DNA from: Ruditapes philippinarum | Taxonomy: Eukaryota | DNA: 59,623 nucleotides | Assembly: GCF_026571515.1 (NCBI RefSeq) | Contig: NW_026862901.1 | Coordinates: 1 to 59,623, forward strand | Direction: 5' to 3' | Part shown: piece after piece, positions 11,452-25,212 of the stretch | How the letters are laid out: each line of letters starts with the position of its first letter | How positions within the stretch are numbered: the first letter of the stretch is position 1 | Notes under the pieces: generated by a model | Seen by the model: only the letters and a program-made list of their open reading frames with translations | Database searches by the model: none | Told to the model about the DNA's origin: nothing | Made by a program: the position numbers and the translations under genes

Positions 11452-12602
11452 CTATAAAAAAAGAATAAATGACTTTTTAACATATGGTGAGTAAAATCGG
11501 CATGACAAATATCAAAGATCAAATTCAAATTGACTCCGTTTTTATTTTATAATTTATTTTTGTTAATCATCCTAAACACCCCATAAGGTGCCCCAGAATA
11601 AAAATAACCTTCTTTACGGGAAACAACCTACTGTTCAAGTACAGACTATGATATACAGAGTTGCCTCCCTTTGTTAGAAAAATTGGGCAGCGGTTTTCCT
11701 ATTTTATGCCTTTTTCGCTTTTATTTTTCAGATCTGTTGGTCAAAAACGACGAAAATACAAAGTTTTAGTTTATATTGATTGATTATTATGGATTTTAAT
11801 GATTTTTGGCGACTTTTGAAAAGTCGTCTGTTTTACGCCGGCAAAGGGGGAAAACTTGTCTTAATTAGGGCCTAATAGAGTTATCCTTTGCGCATGCGCA
11901 TTAGTAGCACGTGAAATCCCCCATGCGAAAAATGTAAACACACCTGATTGTAAAATCTAAAGGTAAGAACGAATATATCTAATGTTTACCTCTGACAGTA
12001 GAAATTCAGTCGAGCGTTTCCTTTGATGATAGCGTTCTGGAAAAAGCCGTACCTTCAATTTTGAAGAGTTGCGATAAACGAAAATAACCGTATTGTCGGA
12101 TACTACTAGCCGACGGATACTGCTTCGATACCAGTATGTTTGTGACCTACATTTGACCGTTTAATTTAACTCTTTTTCTTTTTTTTGTTGAATCAAAAAT
12201 AACTGTGCTCCATCATTTATTCCTAAACAATGACTTTACCTATAAAGGCGAACGTCATATTTTTAGATAATAATGAAGTTAACTTTGTTTTTACTTGAAT
12301 TCAATTAAATATCATTTCACTTTAAATATTGTGACAAAAATATATAAAGTTGAGCCCTTGTATTTCAATGGAGAAAATACCATTATAAACTCCTTCGTAT
12401 ACATGTATAAGTATTGTATTGAATTTCAAACACTACTCAAAATTGATATCTTGTAAATAAAATAAATTATGCTTCAATGAATAAGAAATAAGGCTGATTA
12501 ACAAAACAATGACTAATGATTTTTTAATGTGCATCATTTAAAAAAATGTCTACTCACAGAAATGCATGTTACATTGATAAGATACCTTGTATGTATGAAT
12601 AA

Positions 12603-13169
12603 CTCCCTTGTGGATGAGGGGGGATTCCCTTCAAGTGTCGAGGCTTTTTGTTTGTTTGTTTTGGGTTTTACGTCACATCGACACAATATAGGTCATATCG
12701 CGACGTTCCAGCTTTTACTGGTGGAGGAAGACCTCAGGTGCCCTTCCGTGCATTATTTCAGGCACGAACGGGCACCTGAGTAGAACCACCGACGTTCTGT
12801 AAGCTAGCTGGATAGCTTCCTCACATGAAAGAATCGAAAGTCCCTGTCGGGATTCGAACCCACTGCGGTGAGGGGCAAGTGGTTTGAAGTCAACGACCTT
12901 AACCACTCGGCCACGGACGCCCCTTCATGTGTCGAGGCATCAATATTGCAGCGACCGTTTATCCCTGCGTAAGTGGTTGTAAGAGGCGGCTAAATGAGTT
13001 CGAATTACTAGAGTCTAAGTATGTATCTCTTAGCTCCAGCAGGTGAGGTGGTTTTGACCTCTGGTGTTGCTTTAAGTTAGATTAGGCAAGTTCACCTTTC
13101 CTTATTCAATGCCATGTGACGTATATTGTGTTGGTGCACCGTATAAAACAAACAAAACAAGCAAGAACA
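12603..13169 (+). mobile_element. SINE-like retroelement (family shared with 33177-33439), interrupted by a younger SINE
   Basis: 12-bp TSD ATGTATGAATAA (12591-12602, 13170-13181) and an (AAAC)n-like tail. Colinear with the 33177-33439 copy once 12645-12938 is removed. Confidence 0.85.
12645..12923 (-). mobile_element. tRNA-derived SINE (V-domain-like body), full length
   Basis: Head GGGGCGTCCGTGGCCGAGTGGTT (A box)...GGTTCGAATCC (B box), (AAAC)n tail, 15-bp TSD TTCA(A/T)GTGTCGAGGC (12630-12644, 12924-12938). The V-domain resemblance (GGTGGTTCTACTCAGGTG...TTCCTCCACCA) is from memory. Confidence 0.9.
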
Positions 13170-13620
13170 ATGTATGAATAAAGTATATCCCTTTGCTTGT
13201 TTTTAATCTCTTTAAATTCATTGACTTGAAAATGTTTGCTATAAAATAAATGATTCATTGCTACCGGCTATGGAACGATAGTTAATTAGTTATTATCTGA
13301 ACTTATTCACGAGGTATTCAGTATTTTATCAATTTTTATACATTCACCACATCTGAAGACAAGTTAATAGCACATTTTATAGACCATTGACAATACAGAG
13401 TGCAACTTTTTCCGAACTGTTATTTTTATGTATATTCAATAATTCTATCTCCAATAATTTCATGGAATCAGACGTCATTTAGTAATCTCAAACAGTGACT
13501 TACTCTAAATCGTAAAGGTCAATTGGATGTTGTTTACCGCTGGTTTTGATTAATCATTCATATAGTATAAATTCCCTCCTAATTGTTACAATATCTAAAG
13601 AACGATTTTCAACCATTAAC

Positions 13621-14080
13621 CACAGGGAAAAGGCGTTTTGATCTGATATTATCCCCTACCTGATTCCCCCTCCCCTCCCTCCAGTCACTGTTACAACCCC
13701 CAAAAATATGATCTAAAGTCATTTTCCACATTTAGTACTCATAACAACAATAATATGACACTATTACACAATTTTCATTATACCTCTAGAGTATTAGTTA
13801 TACAAGGGTAACAACTCTTTCGCCCTTCCAGTGCTTTCATTATAACAAAGTTTACATTCAATGTCATAACTCAGCCAAGTCTCTTTATATTTGTAAAAAT
13901 TTGGTCTCGATCAATAGAGTATATGTATACATGTATGTATGCAATGACATGTGGAAGTTATGAATACTAAATGTGGAAATTGACTTAAGAACATATTTTT
14001 GGGGGTTCTAACAGTGACTGGAAGGAAGGGGCGGGTGTCAGGTAGGGGATAATGTTAGATCAAAGCGTCTTATCCTTGTG
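13621..14080. mobile_element. MITE with ~125-bp diverged TIRs, CAC...GTG termini
   Basis: 13621-13745 is the reverse complement of ~13957-14080 (e.g. TTATCCCCTACCTGA / TCAGGTAGGGGATAA; CCAGTCACTGTTA / TAACAGTGACTGG). No clean TSD. Confidence 0.8.
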
Positions 14081-14150
14081 ATATTGACAATATAATTAAT
14101 TTCTTCATTTTTGATGAAAATGTTTAACCACTTGTGCGAATAAAAATCAT

Positions 14151-17100
14151 TGCCAATGACAATTTGTCAATAATAACTCTTAAACGAACATAAACATACA
14201 CAATATTTCAAATTCTGAAAAAGTAACATAAACGTGTTGTGAATAAGGCTTTGTGGTTATTTTCTTTTTATTTCGTTTCTTCTTCTTTCATTCATTTGAT
14301 GTTGCTTTATAATCGTTTTAGAAATTGTATATCATATTTAAAAGTATATATTGCAAATATGTTACATTTATATGTGCCAAGATAATTAAGCGATAAATTC
14401 CTGTGTATTCGTTTTGACAATTTATCATTTGACTTTGATTTGTTACAATAAAGGAATAATTAATCAATCGATCATTGTTCGCCCTTACTTTTATCATTGT
14501 GTGTAGGCTTTATAGAAAGTTAGGCGGTACATGAGGAACAATAACAAGGAATATAACATAACAGTACAATCCCACTGAATGTACATCTTGTATCTGTTAA
14601 ATAATAATGTAAATCAATAAAATAATGAGAGACTGTGCAAATAAAGAGACACGATAGTTTCCTGTACATCTGAGTCTTTAGAAGGAGACAATGGGATATA
14701 GATGGAGCTAGGACATATAGGAGGTCAAACTCTTGGGTCGACAATGATGTGTCATAGAAATACATTGTTCTGAGCAGATATTATTTAAGTATACGGTTAC
14801 CAATGTAAATGATGTTCTATCTATAGATGGTTTTCCCCTCGTATAGTTGTAAAAACGTCAAGTAGACTCGCGCGGAGACATCTTAGCTACGTTATTTGAC
14901 TGAACCATAATTACATAATACTGAAAGCAATATACAAAAGTATTCATTTGATATTGTTCATACTCAAGATTAATATATTGTCATATTTTTCTTTGAATGT
15001 CATTAGCGTACAGCATATACATGCAGAATGGTAATTCACTTTGCAAATATTCCTTTTGCGCAAAAGAAACATTTGGGAAGAGCGTAAATTTTAATAAATT
15101 GACATAAATGTTAGAAGATGAGTGTGCTGTTTTCAAGGGAATACATTGTAAATAAATTACAATTTGATAAATTCCTTGCAGTTATTTCTTTGAATCTTTT
15201 TAGCATATTACCATTTGTAACCAAAACAAGTATAACGGATGACAGGATAAACGTCAATGTAAGCTAATATTCGTGACTAGCATCCAGTTTCGTTCGTCAT
15301 GTCCGTTAATTAACAAAAGCACCCAACATGAAACGAGTAGTTTTCAGAAAACCATTTAAGGAGTGACTTGGATGTGTTTTTTTTTAAATTGAAGACTGGT
15401 AAATTTCTGATTGGTTAGAAATATTACCTGTGACACATTCCCTTTGCTGATCGTATATGACTTTGGCTTTGGTGCCTTTTGAGTCCCCCTCCCCTTACCC
15501 TCTTGTTTTAGCCCCACTGGATGCTTTACAATCATTTCTCAACCAAAAGCAGCATAAACAGTTCTACTTCAGTATTAAACTTTTGATATAACTAGATTAG
15601 CAAGCGACATTAAATATGACCAATGTCATTGACACAGTTGAGAAATATATAGGCAACTTTAGGTTATGGACCATGCTATCAGATAAATATATTATTTATC
15701 CCAGTGGAATTTGCCTTGTCGGATCAATAACTACATACAACTCAGATGAACACAATCGTAAAATTCTGAAACAGAGTAGGTGATTGTAGAAATAGTACTC
15801 CCAAAGGTGGCGTTTGTAATAAAATATAAATTGTGCGTTATACTTTGAGAAAATGTTAAAGCTTCTAGGAGGAGCGACTTTTTTCCTCTAATATTAAATA
15901 TTATCTCTCTCTGTTTTAAAAGCGAAAGACAATGTTTAAATACAATATTACATATATCATACAATAAAAACCCAAAAGAAAGTTAATACGGTAAAGTTGG
16001 CAATGTTCTCGTTTTAAGTGTGCATTTTCATGATCGATAGTGGTAAACTTATCCCCTTGGAGACCTTTGCAGTTGATGATGTAACTGTTTAAACGATGGT
16101 GATCCGCATCTTAATATTCTTACTAAAACTTGAATCAAACTGTGTCTATAATTGTGTTAAATATTGCCAAAGGAGTCGTCTTTGCCTTTGTTAATCTTTA
16201 AAAGACTGTTCTTGTAGACAGAAAAAATGCTTGAATTTTACAAACAAAGGTACTGAAAACGGACTTTATTTCTTATATTTCTAACTTCATATCAAATGTT
16301 TAATAAACTCAACAGATACTTTTTTAAAAGAAAAGCAATATGAAGTAAAAATCATCCTTGTAATGAATTCAAATGATTTCATAGATCATAGCTTTATAAT
16401 TTGTAGAGGGAGAAAAGTAATGTATACGGGACAGGGGTGTTGGAATGTTATCATTAAGACATTATAAAAGCATTCTGGGAAGGGAGAAGTGAAGATACCT
16501 GTAAAGCAATGAAAACAAAATTCAACAGACTTGATTTGTTTGAGTTGTTCATGAGAGAAAATGAAAAGTGCAAAGTTTCTCGCACCCTGTCCCTCTAGCG
16601 TCGGCCTAAGCAGTATTTAACTTTAAATACTTAAACATTCTATATTAATGATCCGGAATGAGAAGGAAAATATAACAATACTAAGATGAAGTACGAAGCG
16701 ATTCTGCCAAAATACAGCAAGAATAAACTCATTTCTCAAATAGAGCTGATGTAATGACCAACTTGTGTCTGTTTCATGTCTAATGTTACATGTGTTATCT
16801 CGGATTTGGCATAAGTCAACATTGTAAATGATTTATTTGGATCAAATTGAAGTAGATGTCGGCCTTCCAGAACTTATGTCAGCTGAATCAAGACAAAATA
16901 TATTAATGTCAGCGTTCATGATTTGGCAAGGCATTTTTCATTCCATTTATGGTATGGCTTCTATCATCTTTTTATATAGATTTTTATTGTTTTAGAAATC
17001 GTTCGGCCGGAAGTTAACGAATTGACATCGTTCACTTTCGGTTACATCGGGATATAAAGTAGTTCTAAGTAGTTCTCTGAAACTGTTTTAAAATGTTTTA

Positions 17101-20100
17101 TATTTGGACACAAAATAAATAAAATCAACTGAACTTTTTAAAAGTGATTAGAATTAAAATGTTAGAAATACTATTATTGTCGTCCAAAGTTTAAACATAT
17201 TAATTTAAGCTCGATTGAGAAACAAGTTCTTGCAACTTATATTATTATAATAATATTACTTTCGAGTCCGCTTCCTGGAACCAACCAATACTGGTGTCAT
17301 ATGAAGAAACATGGTCGTGACCCGAGTAGATCTCTAGGCCTACATATTGAAAGAATTAATGTACTGAAAAGATCGGCCTTAATTAATAAAACTAGCTTTT
17401 TCTACAGCAACATTGTGTCAGATGTCAAATAAGCTTTATTCTAATTTGTTATTCTTTCATTTATTTACTTGAAAAAAGCGTAATAAATAATGATTATTAA
17501 ATCATGTCGACTTCTTCGATTTGAATTATATATTTTTGTGTCATATATTTGATGAGTTCTTGTTGTTTTGTCAATTGTTCTTCTTCATATGAAAATACAT
17601 TCTTTGATGTACATTCTTTTCCAATAAATAAAAAAATGATTAAATTTTGTTCCTTATCATTGGTAATAAGTAAAACCACTTGTTTGTTATCATGATTGCC
17701 ATTTCAATATTAAAACCTTTTTTTTTAAAAAAAAACATCTAATGTTAAGTAATAAATCCTTTGTTAATAAAATGCCTTTATAAGCATTTAATGCTTTCAA
17801 ATGATCATTTTTCAGCAGTGTATTGTGTTATTCATTATTGTATGTAAATTTTGTTTGTTCAAAATGTTTAAATAAAATATATTGACACTTAAGATAGTCA
17901 TTTGACACAATGAGTAGCAAAGCTACGTTTATATGACCGTTGTAGGCTTTCTATTCTGCAGTGCGCTAATCAGATTATCTTCTCCCACTCAAAGACTCAA
18001 AATTCCACCATATGACATTTTATTTTTAAACTAACTTTTCTTTATCTGTTATCTTGTCGCTGCTTATTTTTTATTTGTATCATTTATTTTATTTTCTTTA
18101 TATTCTGTTTGCTTCCTTGTTGGTTTTTTATGTCCCCTTCGAGGAAAAGGCGGAATATTGTTTTGCTAATGTCGGTCTGTCGGTCTGTTTGTCTGTCCGT
18201 CGGTAGACCATATGGTTACCGTTGATGATCTTAAAAACTATTTATCTCAAAGTCTTCATATATCACATACTGATGGACCATAACTAGTAAATGACCCTTA
18301 TTGACTGTGGGGTTACTAGGTCAAAGGTCAAGGTCACAGGGCCCTTAAATCTCAGACTGGTTTCCGCTCATTATCTTAACAACTAGTCATCACAAAGTAT
18401 TCATATTTCATAAATTAGTCAGTTGTAGTAGATGGTCCCTGTAGATTTTAGGGTCACTAGTTCAAAGGTCAAGGTCACAGAGGCCTTAAATGTTAGAATG
18501 CTTTCCGTTTATTATCTTGAAAATCATATTATCACTAAGTCTTTATATTTCACGAATTAATTGGTTATAAGTAGTAGATGACCCTTATCAATTTTGGGGT
18601 CCTTTGGTCAAAAGTCAAGGTCACAGGGACCTTAAATTTGTCTGTCTGTCTGTCCGTTGGTAAACCACATGGTTTCCTACAGTTTATCACAAAGACTTCA
18701 TGTTTCAAACACTGATACAAATAAATAGTAGATGACACCTATTGATATTTTGATCACTAGATCAAAAGTCAAGGTCAGAAGGGCCTTAAACGTCAGAATG
18801 GTTTTTGCTCATTATCTTAAAAACTATTTATCACAAAGTCTTCATATTTCAAATATTGACTAGTGATATGTTGTAGATGACTCCTATTGATTTTGGGGTC
18901 AATAGTTCAAAAGTCAAGGTCATAGGGGCCATAAATGTCAGCATGGTTTTCGCTCATTATCTTGAAAACTATATATCTCATTATTTTTTTCCATAACTGT
19001 ACGTACACTTGCATGTATGACAAAATTACCAACAGTATGAGTCAAGGGCTAGGAAGGAGGCATATCATGTATGTCGTTCGACATTTCTTGTTTTCTTTGT
19101 TTTATTGTTGTTGTTTAGTTTTGCTTTTATTTCAAAGTGTAATTTGAATGAATAATGTGTCAATTTTACATTCATCTCAACTTTATGCATTTGCAGGTGG
19201 ATCATTTTCATAATTGATACATTTGCTAGAGTCACTAGAAATGTTGTTATCTCAGTGAGAGATCACGAGTTATTTATTCAATACCACCAACTGATCACCA
19301 TTTTATGTAAATTGATGATAAATGTAATAATTCATATACCGCATTTATTTCTGAACCATTGGCAATATAGTATATATCTACATGGCGTATCTTATCTGAA
19401 ACATTGTATAATTCTAATATCAATATAAAAATTATTGTTTACCAGTGTTAAAATCACACAATTTCATTGCACTGTATCACTACTTAATATTAGCTATTTG
19501 CATTTTATCATTTATTTTTGTCATGTATTTTAATGACTTTTAATAGTTATTTGTCATTGGTGGTGTGTTACAACATTATGAAAACACATAAGACAAAACG
19601 TTGACAACGTTTTTCTTCCCTAACTATTTATACTCCATTTATTCTAGTGATGTAAATTGTGAAATGACATCAGAGTTTATTAGGTTTACATGCAAATGCC
19701 CCAGTGGTCTGATGAATAAAGTCTAGTTTCCAACTGGGAAGTGAATTATGTAGCTTCATCAAGCGGTATAATGTGATTTTACAAAGTAGAATGTACTGGA
19801 TGTAACATAAACATATCTTTTATATGTCTAAGTACTTAGTGACATACCAATACTCAATGTAAGGTTTTTCAAATTAATCTTTTACACTTGCACCTGTTGA
19901 CATGGACGGGGAAAACTGGAAACAATGTTCTTGGTCTATGTAAAAAGTGCTTATATTCCTTGATGTCCATGTTTAAATTCTATTTCCCTATCTACGCTTA
20001 TTTTTTCAAATTTACTTGTCAATTTCTTATCTTACAAAACCTTTCTTCTTTAGGTGGAAAGTTACATTAATTTGATATGGAACAGTGATTTAATAGCGAA

Positions 20101-23100
20101 CAATGGTTTAATAGCGAACAGTGTTTTAATGGGCAGAATCAGTTATCAGCAGGTTAAAGGTTTAAGTCCTTGAACATAAATGCTGTTATAACCGTACATG
20201 ATGGCATTTCAGGCTCAAGAACATAAAATATTATAGTTCCAACAAATTTGTTTTGCAAATATACTTCTTTAAAATGTTGACTTGCTTCATTTTGTTTATA
20301 ATGAATATTCATTTGTTATACGAGCATCATTACATTTCAAATCTTGTTTGAAATAACCATTTACATGTGTACATGGCATGGGTGAGCATTTGTTATTTAT
20401 ATTAAATATCTGATAAAATAAAAAATACAATAAGAAACTGTAAACATAGCATGATATTAAGTTTAATCAACGTGATAAACGTGCTTTCTTATCAGAGACT
20501 GAAGTTCACCATGTAATGGGTTGTAATGCATATTTCTATAGTATTTATCCCCATTAAGTTTTATTTAATGTGTATGATTTTTTAACAATTTTATTGTTCC
20601 CAGATTGCTCACTGTGTAAAGACATAGAAACAGGCTATATTGAAGTGAAAATATGTAGGTTTCAGTCTACATGTATATATCATACAATAACATTTATATG
20701 TCCTAATGGTATTTGTCTTGTCTGAATGCACGAGACTCATAAAGGTAGAATAAGGATCAAAATTGTAATCAAATTCTGAAACAGAAGTTATTTTCTCAAT
20801 TTGATTGCAGGAATTGATATTCCCAAAGATCGATTTTGTAAGTTTTTATTACCGGAAATTACAAGATGCTTTTTATGCGTTCATCTTTCTGTCTTAGTGA
20901 AAATGAATTAACTTTTAAAAAAATGGTTGTATATACTTCTGCTTAGAAGCAAACTATGATTAATCTATAAGAAATAAAACCAACTCTTTTTTACATGGAA
21001 CTTATTTGTTGTTTGTGAGGTTATATGCCGGGAAAGGCCTACATCGAAACTTATTATATGAGTCAAATAAATGTTGTATATTGATTGAATAAAAATATTA
21101 ATGTATAAGCTACAAATCAATGAAGTCTTAAAATCATAAAATGAATAAAAAAAACTGTATTGAAAGCGTACACTTTATAAGAAACAATAAGAGAATCAGA
21201 ATCAGTCGATGACAGATTCAATATTGCCTTCTGAAACCAAATATTAAAATATTAAAGCTCATTATGCGCTAGAAATGCTGCTTTGTTCACATTTTGCTAC
21301 TTTTATAACAAAAATCTGGAAACAAAGTGATCCCTCGGTAGCATTAATCACAACACAATTACATAAGAATTGTAGACTCGGTTTAATTGAGTCTGTACAT
21401 GAGGGATAATGAATAAGTGCAATATCCCTCCCGCCCTCTAGCACCTCTTGAGCGGAACTCCATTCTCAACACTTAATAGTGCTGGCATTAATGATCCCGA
21501 AGGACCAGAAAAATATAACAACACTGTCTCAGGGAAAGTGGTATTTTTGTCTACGAATTTCTGCTTTCAAGCAATTTCTATTATATGGAACATTAAAACT
21601 AATCACTCTCAGCGACGCAGCTTCAAATCTGTTCCAATATCTATTATAAACACTTAATAACTGCACACTTATCACCGGGACAACGTTTAGTTCTATTTGT
21701 GTAAATTATGAGTATCAGAACCCAGACAAAATTAATAAATGTATGAGATTTAGACAAGCTATCACATTAGTCTGGAATATTCAACAGGTTCCAAAGATCT
21801 AGTCTACAGATTAAGCAAATTGCGCCAAATTATTTTTTTTACAGACGACAAACGCCCGTTGAGATTAGAAATGGAAATGTGTCTACCAAAAGATAGAAGC
21901 AATATGGTGATTGATGTATATTATACTTATTCAAATCGACACGAATTGTTTAAACCTTGGCTTTTTTATATGTCATGTCTGCAAAATGTCAATGTCTCAG
22001 TGAATATGAAAAATAAAAAAAAAAGTATTTATTACATGTACGAGCATCTCTAAAAAGTTGCTCTTTTACTTTAAAGGAAAAAATTATTTTCGGAGATTTA
22101 AAAAATCAGTTTAGTCACTCAAAAATTAATCATCTAAATGTATTTTTGAAGTTGTACATCAATCTAGTTCAACTTGTTGTATATGCTCATTATGTTAACT
22201 TGTTTTAAGTAAGTTCAACCATCCATGTCTTTTTTGTATTTGTCACGTGTAAAATGTATATACATTTTGTATTTAATTGTATCATGTAACAAGAAGCATA
22301 ACTTGTTGACATTACTCAATAATGAATCCTCAATCTTAAATCTTAAGAAAAGAACATCCACCAGAAAATGTGCGATAATCAAGTCGATAATTAATTCAAG
22401 CTCAGTATTTCTTCTAAAATTTATCTTTCAAGGCAGTGTAGATTTCTCCAACATGATCTGAAATTCAATTAGTATTGAGCGGAGATTAGATTCAAGCAAT
22501 GTAAACATGTAATAAATATCTCTCTCGTGTTTATTCCAGAACATGCACCTTTTTAGAACATGTTTCAATTACTTGTTTTCTTGTATGCTTAGTGTAGTAG
22601 TTTGTTTACTATTTAAGTTACTTTGTCCTTGAAACTGGAATGATAAACATGGTGAAGTGTCTTTGTTGGAAACAAGATTATTACCGTCCTGTAATTCTTG
22701 ATTTAATAAACTTTATTGTCTGTTTACGTCAACAGAATATTAATGTCACCATCCATGTCGTGGTAATATATTAGTCGGCACTGTTCGTACTTCAATCAGT
22801 ATATATTTTGAAATATTCCTTAAAAATGAAGGCCGGCTTCGTGCAGATTGAATGATATGTAGCTATATTTTGATTATCTTAAATTGGTATTATAATAATG
22901 ATACATTTTACTACCAGTGAAAGTCTGGTTAAAACTTTAATTTAAGAAATAGCCACAAGGGTATGGAAACACTGTCATTGTATTTAGTTTGAAACTGTTG
23001 GGTTTCGAAAGTTGGTACACTCATAACTTTTACAACCAGTGAAAGTCTGGCTAAAACAACAAATTAAGAAATAACCACAAGGTTATTGTATTTAGTTTGA

Positions 23101-24295
23101 AACTGTTAGAATATATATGTGTATATTCCTAAGTTAACCAACGACAGCTTCGAAGAAACACAGCAGAGAATCTGTCACAACAGAATCGATTAGAAAAACA
23201 TAAAAAAAACTCACGTTAAAAGGTAGCTTATGTATCTGCATTGCTTCAATTAAATAACAATTGTTTAGACAAATAATTGTATTTGATGTTGGTTTTATTA
23301 GTCGTAATACTATACATTAAAATCCATTTCTAAAAAAAATAATAATTAGCATGGTATCATTTAAAATTCCATTTCTATTTTTTTTACTTATCTTAATTTT
23401 TATTAGTATTATGTTGCTGACAAACAAAGAATTGACCGATAAAACAAGCGGTATCTTGAGGTAAAATCAAACATATTCAACATGAATATATGGAAACGAA
23501 ATGATAAATTACCAGTATATATAGTTTAGGTTTACGACCCATCTTATCAGATCATCATGTAACATGGAACTGTTCCTGTCGAATCAATAACGGCGATGGA
23601 ATCAGCTGGAGATAATACAATTATTGACACTAACATAAATGCTAAAACAGAATTAGTGCTTCCATAATTGATTGTAGAAATATTATTCCCAAAAGAAAAT
23701 TATTGTAATATTATATTAGCTTACATGACTAAAATCAATAAAAATAATGACATCTGGAAGTAGAAGTGACATAGTAACTAAAATATAGTAATTTAATACC
23801 ACGGCCGCACTAAATAAATGTGTTTTAAATAGAATGTTATAACGTTTTTTGCATGCTACATTGAAGCTGTTTTACTATTTTATCCTATTTAAAGTATAAA
23901 GTTTCACATAAAATAGATGAATGAAACGAATGTGATCCAACAGTTTTTTAAAGTTCAGAATTCATTGCTGAATATTTTATTTACAGTATATTTCAGTCTC
24001 ATTCATTCATATGAACAATTATAAATCAAACATAAAAAACTTATAAAACTATACTTTAAGACACTTTGATTAAATCTACATATATGACAAACAAATATTT
24101 ACATACATATATATTAAGAAGTTAGAAATTAATCTAGATTAAAAGTCACCATATAAGCATAGTTGGAGACATAAACATGTACATGTCATTGAAAAATAAA
24201 CAGCTATTTTACCAAAGATAATAATATCAGGATCTTAATTTATATTAAAAGCACAAGCAACAAAAACTATTTGACATGTACAAAAACAGCCTGCC
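14151..24295 (+). repeat. Tandem segmental duplication, unit 1 (~10.1 kb)
   Basis: Colinear with 24296-37147 at many anchors: 14460/25540, 15610/26580, 16550/27510, 19190/29140, 20600/30780, 21550/34400, 23582/36430, 24230/37080. Confidence 0.95.
18127..19092. mobile_element. Helentron-associated (HINE-type) non-autonomous element carrying a tandem satellite array
   Basis: Starts in a T-run, has a (GTCT/GTCC)n microsatellite and five ~140-bp-spaced units containing TCAAA(G/A)GTCAAGGTCA, and ends with palindrome ATGTCG-TT-CGACAT then TTCTTGTT. Absent at the matching position of unit 2 (~29020). Confidence 0.85.
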
Positions 24296-25212
24296 TGACA
24301 ATGACAATTTGTCATAACTCTTAAACAAACAAAAATAAAGATATACAACTTTTTACATTCGAAAATTATAATGTTGTGAATAAGGGTTCGTGGTTATTTT
24401 CTTATTTTTTTTTATTTTGTGTCTTCTTCTTACATGCATTTTAAGGTTTTTATATTTCTGTTAAAAAGTTTGAATGTTGTTAATTTACTAATTGTTACAG
24501 TTTTAATTCTTTGAAAAGGTTATTTCAGATAACGTACACTTGCGTACACCTAACCTTACTATGTATTATATTCCTTGCAAATTATAAACTCTTCAATTGT
24601 TGTTCTATAGAGAAATAGAAAAAAGGGAAATAAACAAAACAGTCACAACTGTATAAGCACAATTGGGTCGACAACTTATACATCTATTTAATATAATATG
24701 CTGTTTAATACACATTAAACGACAAAACATCATGTTATTATCACTTGTGTTATATGACAACTCAAAGAAACGTATTGATATATTTTCACATTGTTTTACT
24801 TTAATTCAGACTCATTTTAGCGGCAATATTAATTTCTTTCAATTGATTTATTTGAAGTGACTTTTAGTAATATTTTTGTTCACCAAACATTCATATATTA
24901 ATGTTTTTTATGTATTGTTTTGGATCTAGTAAGTGTCATATACTATTGGTTGTTTCAATGTTTTGCATGTACATGTTGTAAAAGATTCAATGATTGACAA
25001 GGAGTATGACTTCTAAGGGATTACACTATTTCATTCATATGTATAATAATTATACTCTGACAATGCCAAATATACCTAACGTATTGTATAGTACATTTCT
25101 CTCTTCTCTTTACTTTTAATACGTATGTACCAAATGCAACACAAATCAAATAGAAAATGAATATCATTTCATTAGTTTGACCATTCTATATTGAAATTAG
25201 AAACATAATATA

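Larger units (their letters stand above)
7354..12134 (-). mobile_element. Full-length pogo-superfamily (DD35D, Fot-like/Passer-type) DNA transposon, 4781 bp
   Basis: 21-bp TIRs CTGGTATCGAAGCAGTTTCCG (7354-7374) and CGGATACTGCTTCGATACCAG (12114-12134), 1 mismatch. TA TSD at 7352-7353 and 12135-12136. Encloses the spliced transposase gene. Confidence 0.93.

Noticed and set aside
12840-12923. tRNA-Sec-like loop CTTCAAA in the SINE head
   Set aside because: No acceptor stem; it is embedded in a SINE with body, tail and TSD.
15750-15860. H/ACA snoRNA interpretation of the 8-copy module
   Set aside because: ANANNA is trivial in AT-rich DNA and absent in the 20.8/32.1-kb copies, and there is no consistent terminal ACA box.
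19700-19745. Hammerhead-like CTGATGA within a CCCAGT/ACTGGG stem (paralog ~30021)
   Set aside because: No correctly placed GAAA, stem II or NUH triplet.
21550-21800. LRR-like reading (L*TLNNCTLITGTTF) suggesting a decayed LRR gene
   Set aside because: A single weak repeat with stops in both copies; cannot be supported without a profile search.
23596-23667. 23-aa smORF MESAGDNTIIDTNINAKTELVLP, identical in both units
   Set aside because: Identity extends ~80 bp past the stop with no synonymous changes, so conservation is not codon-like.
23653-23675. TTAGTGCTTCCATA resembles vertebrate miR-302/430-type sequences
   Set aside because: The seed differs (TAGTGCT), the hairpin is short and imperfect, the other module types lack it, and that family is vertebrate.
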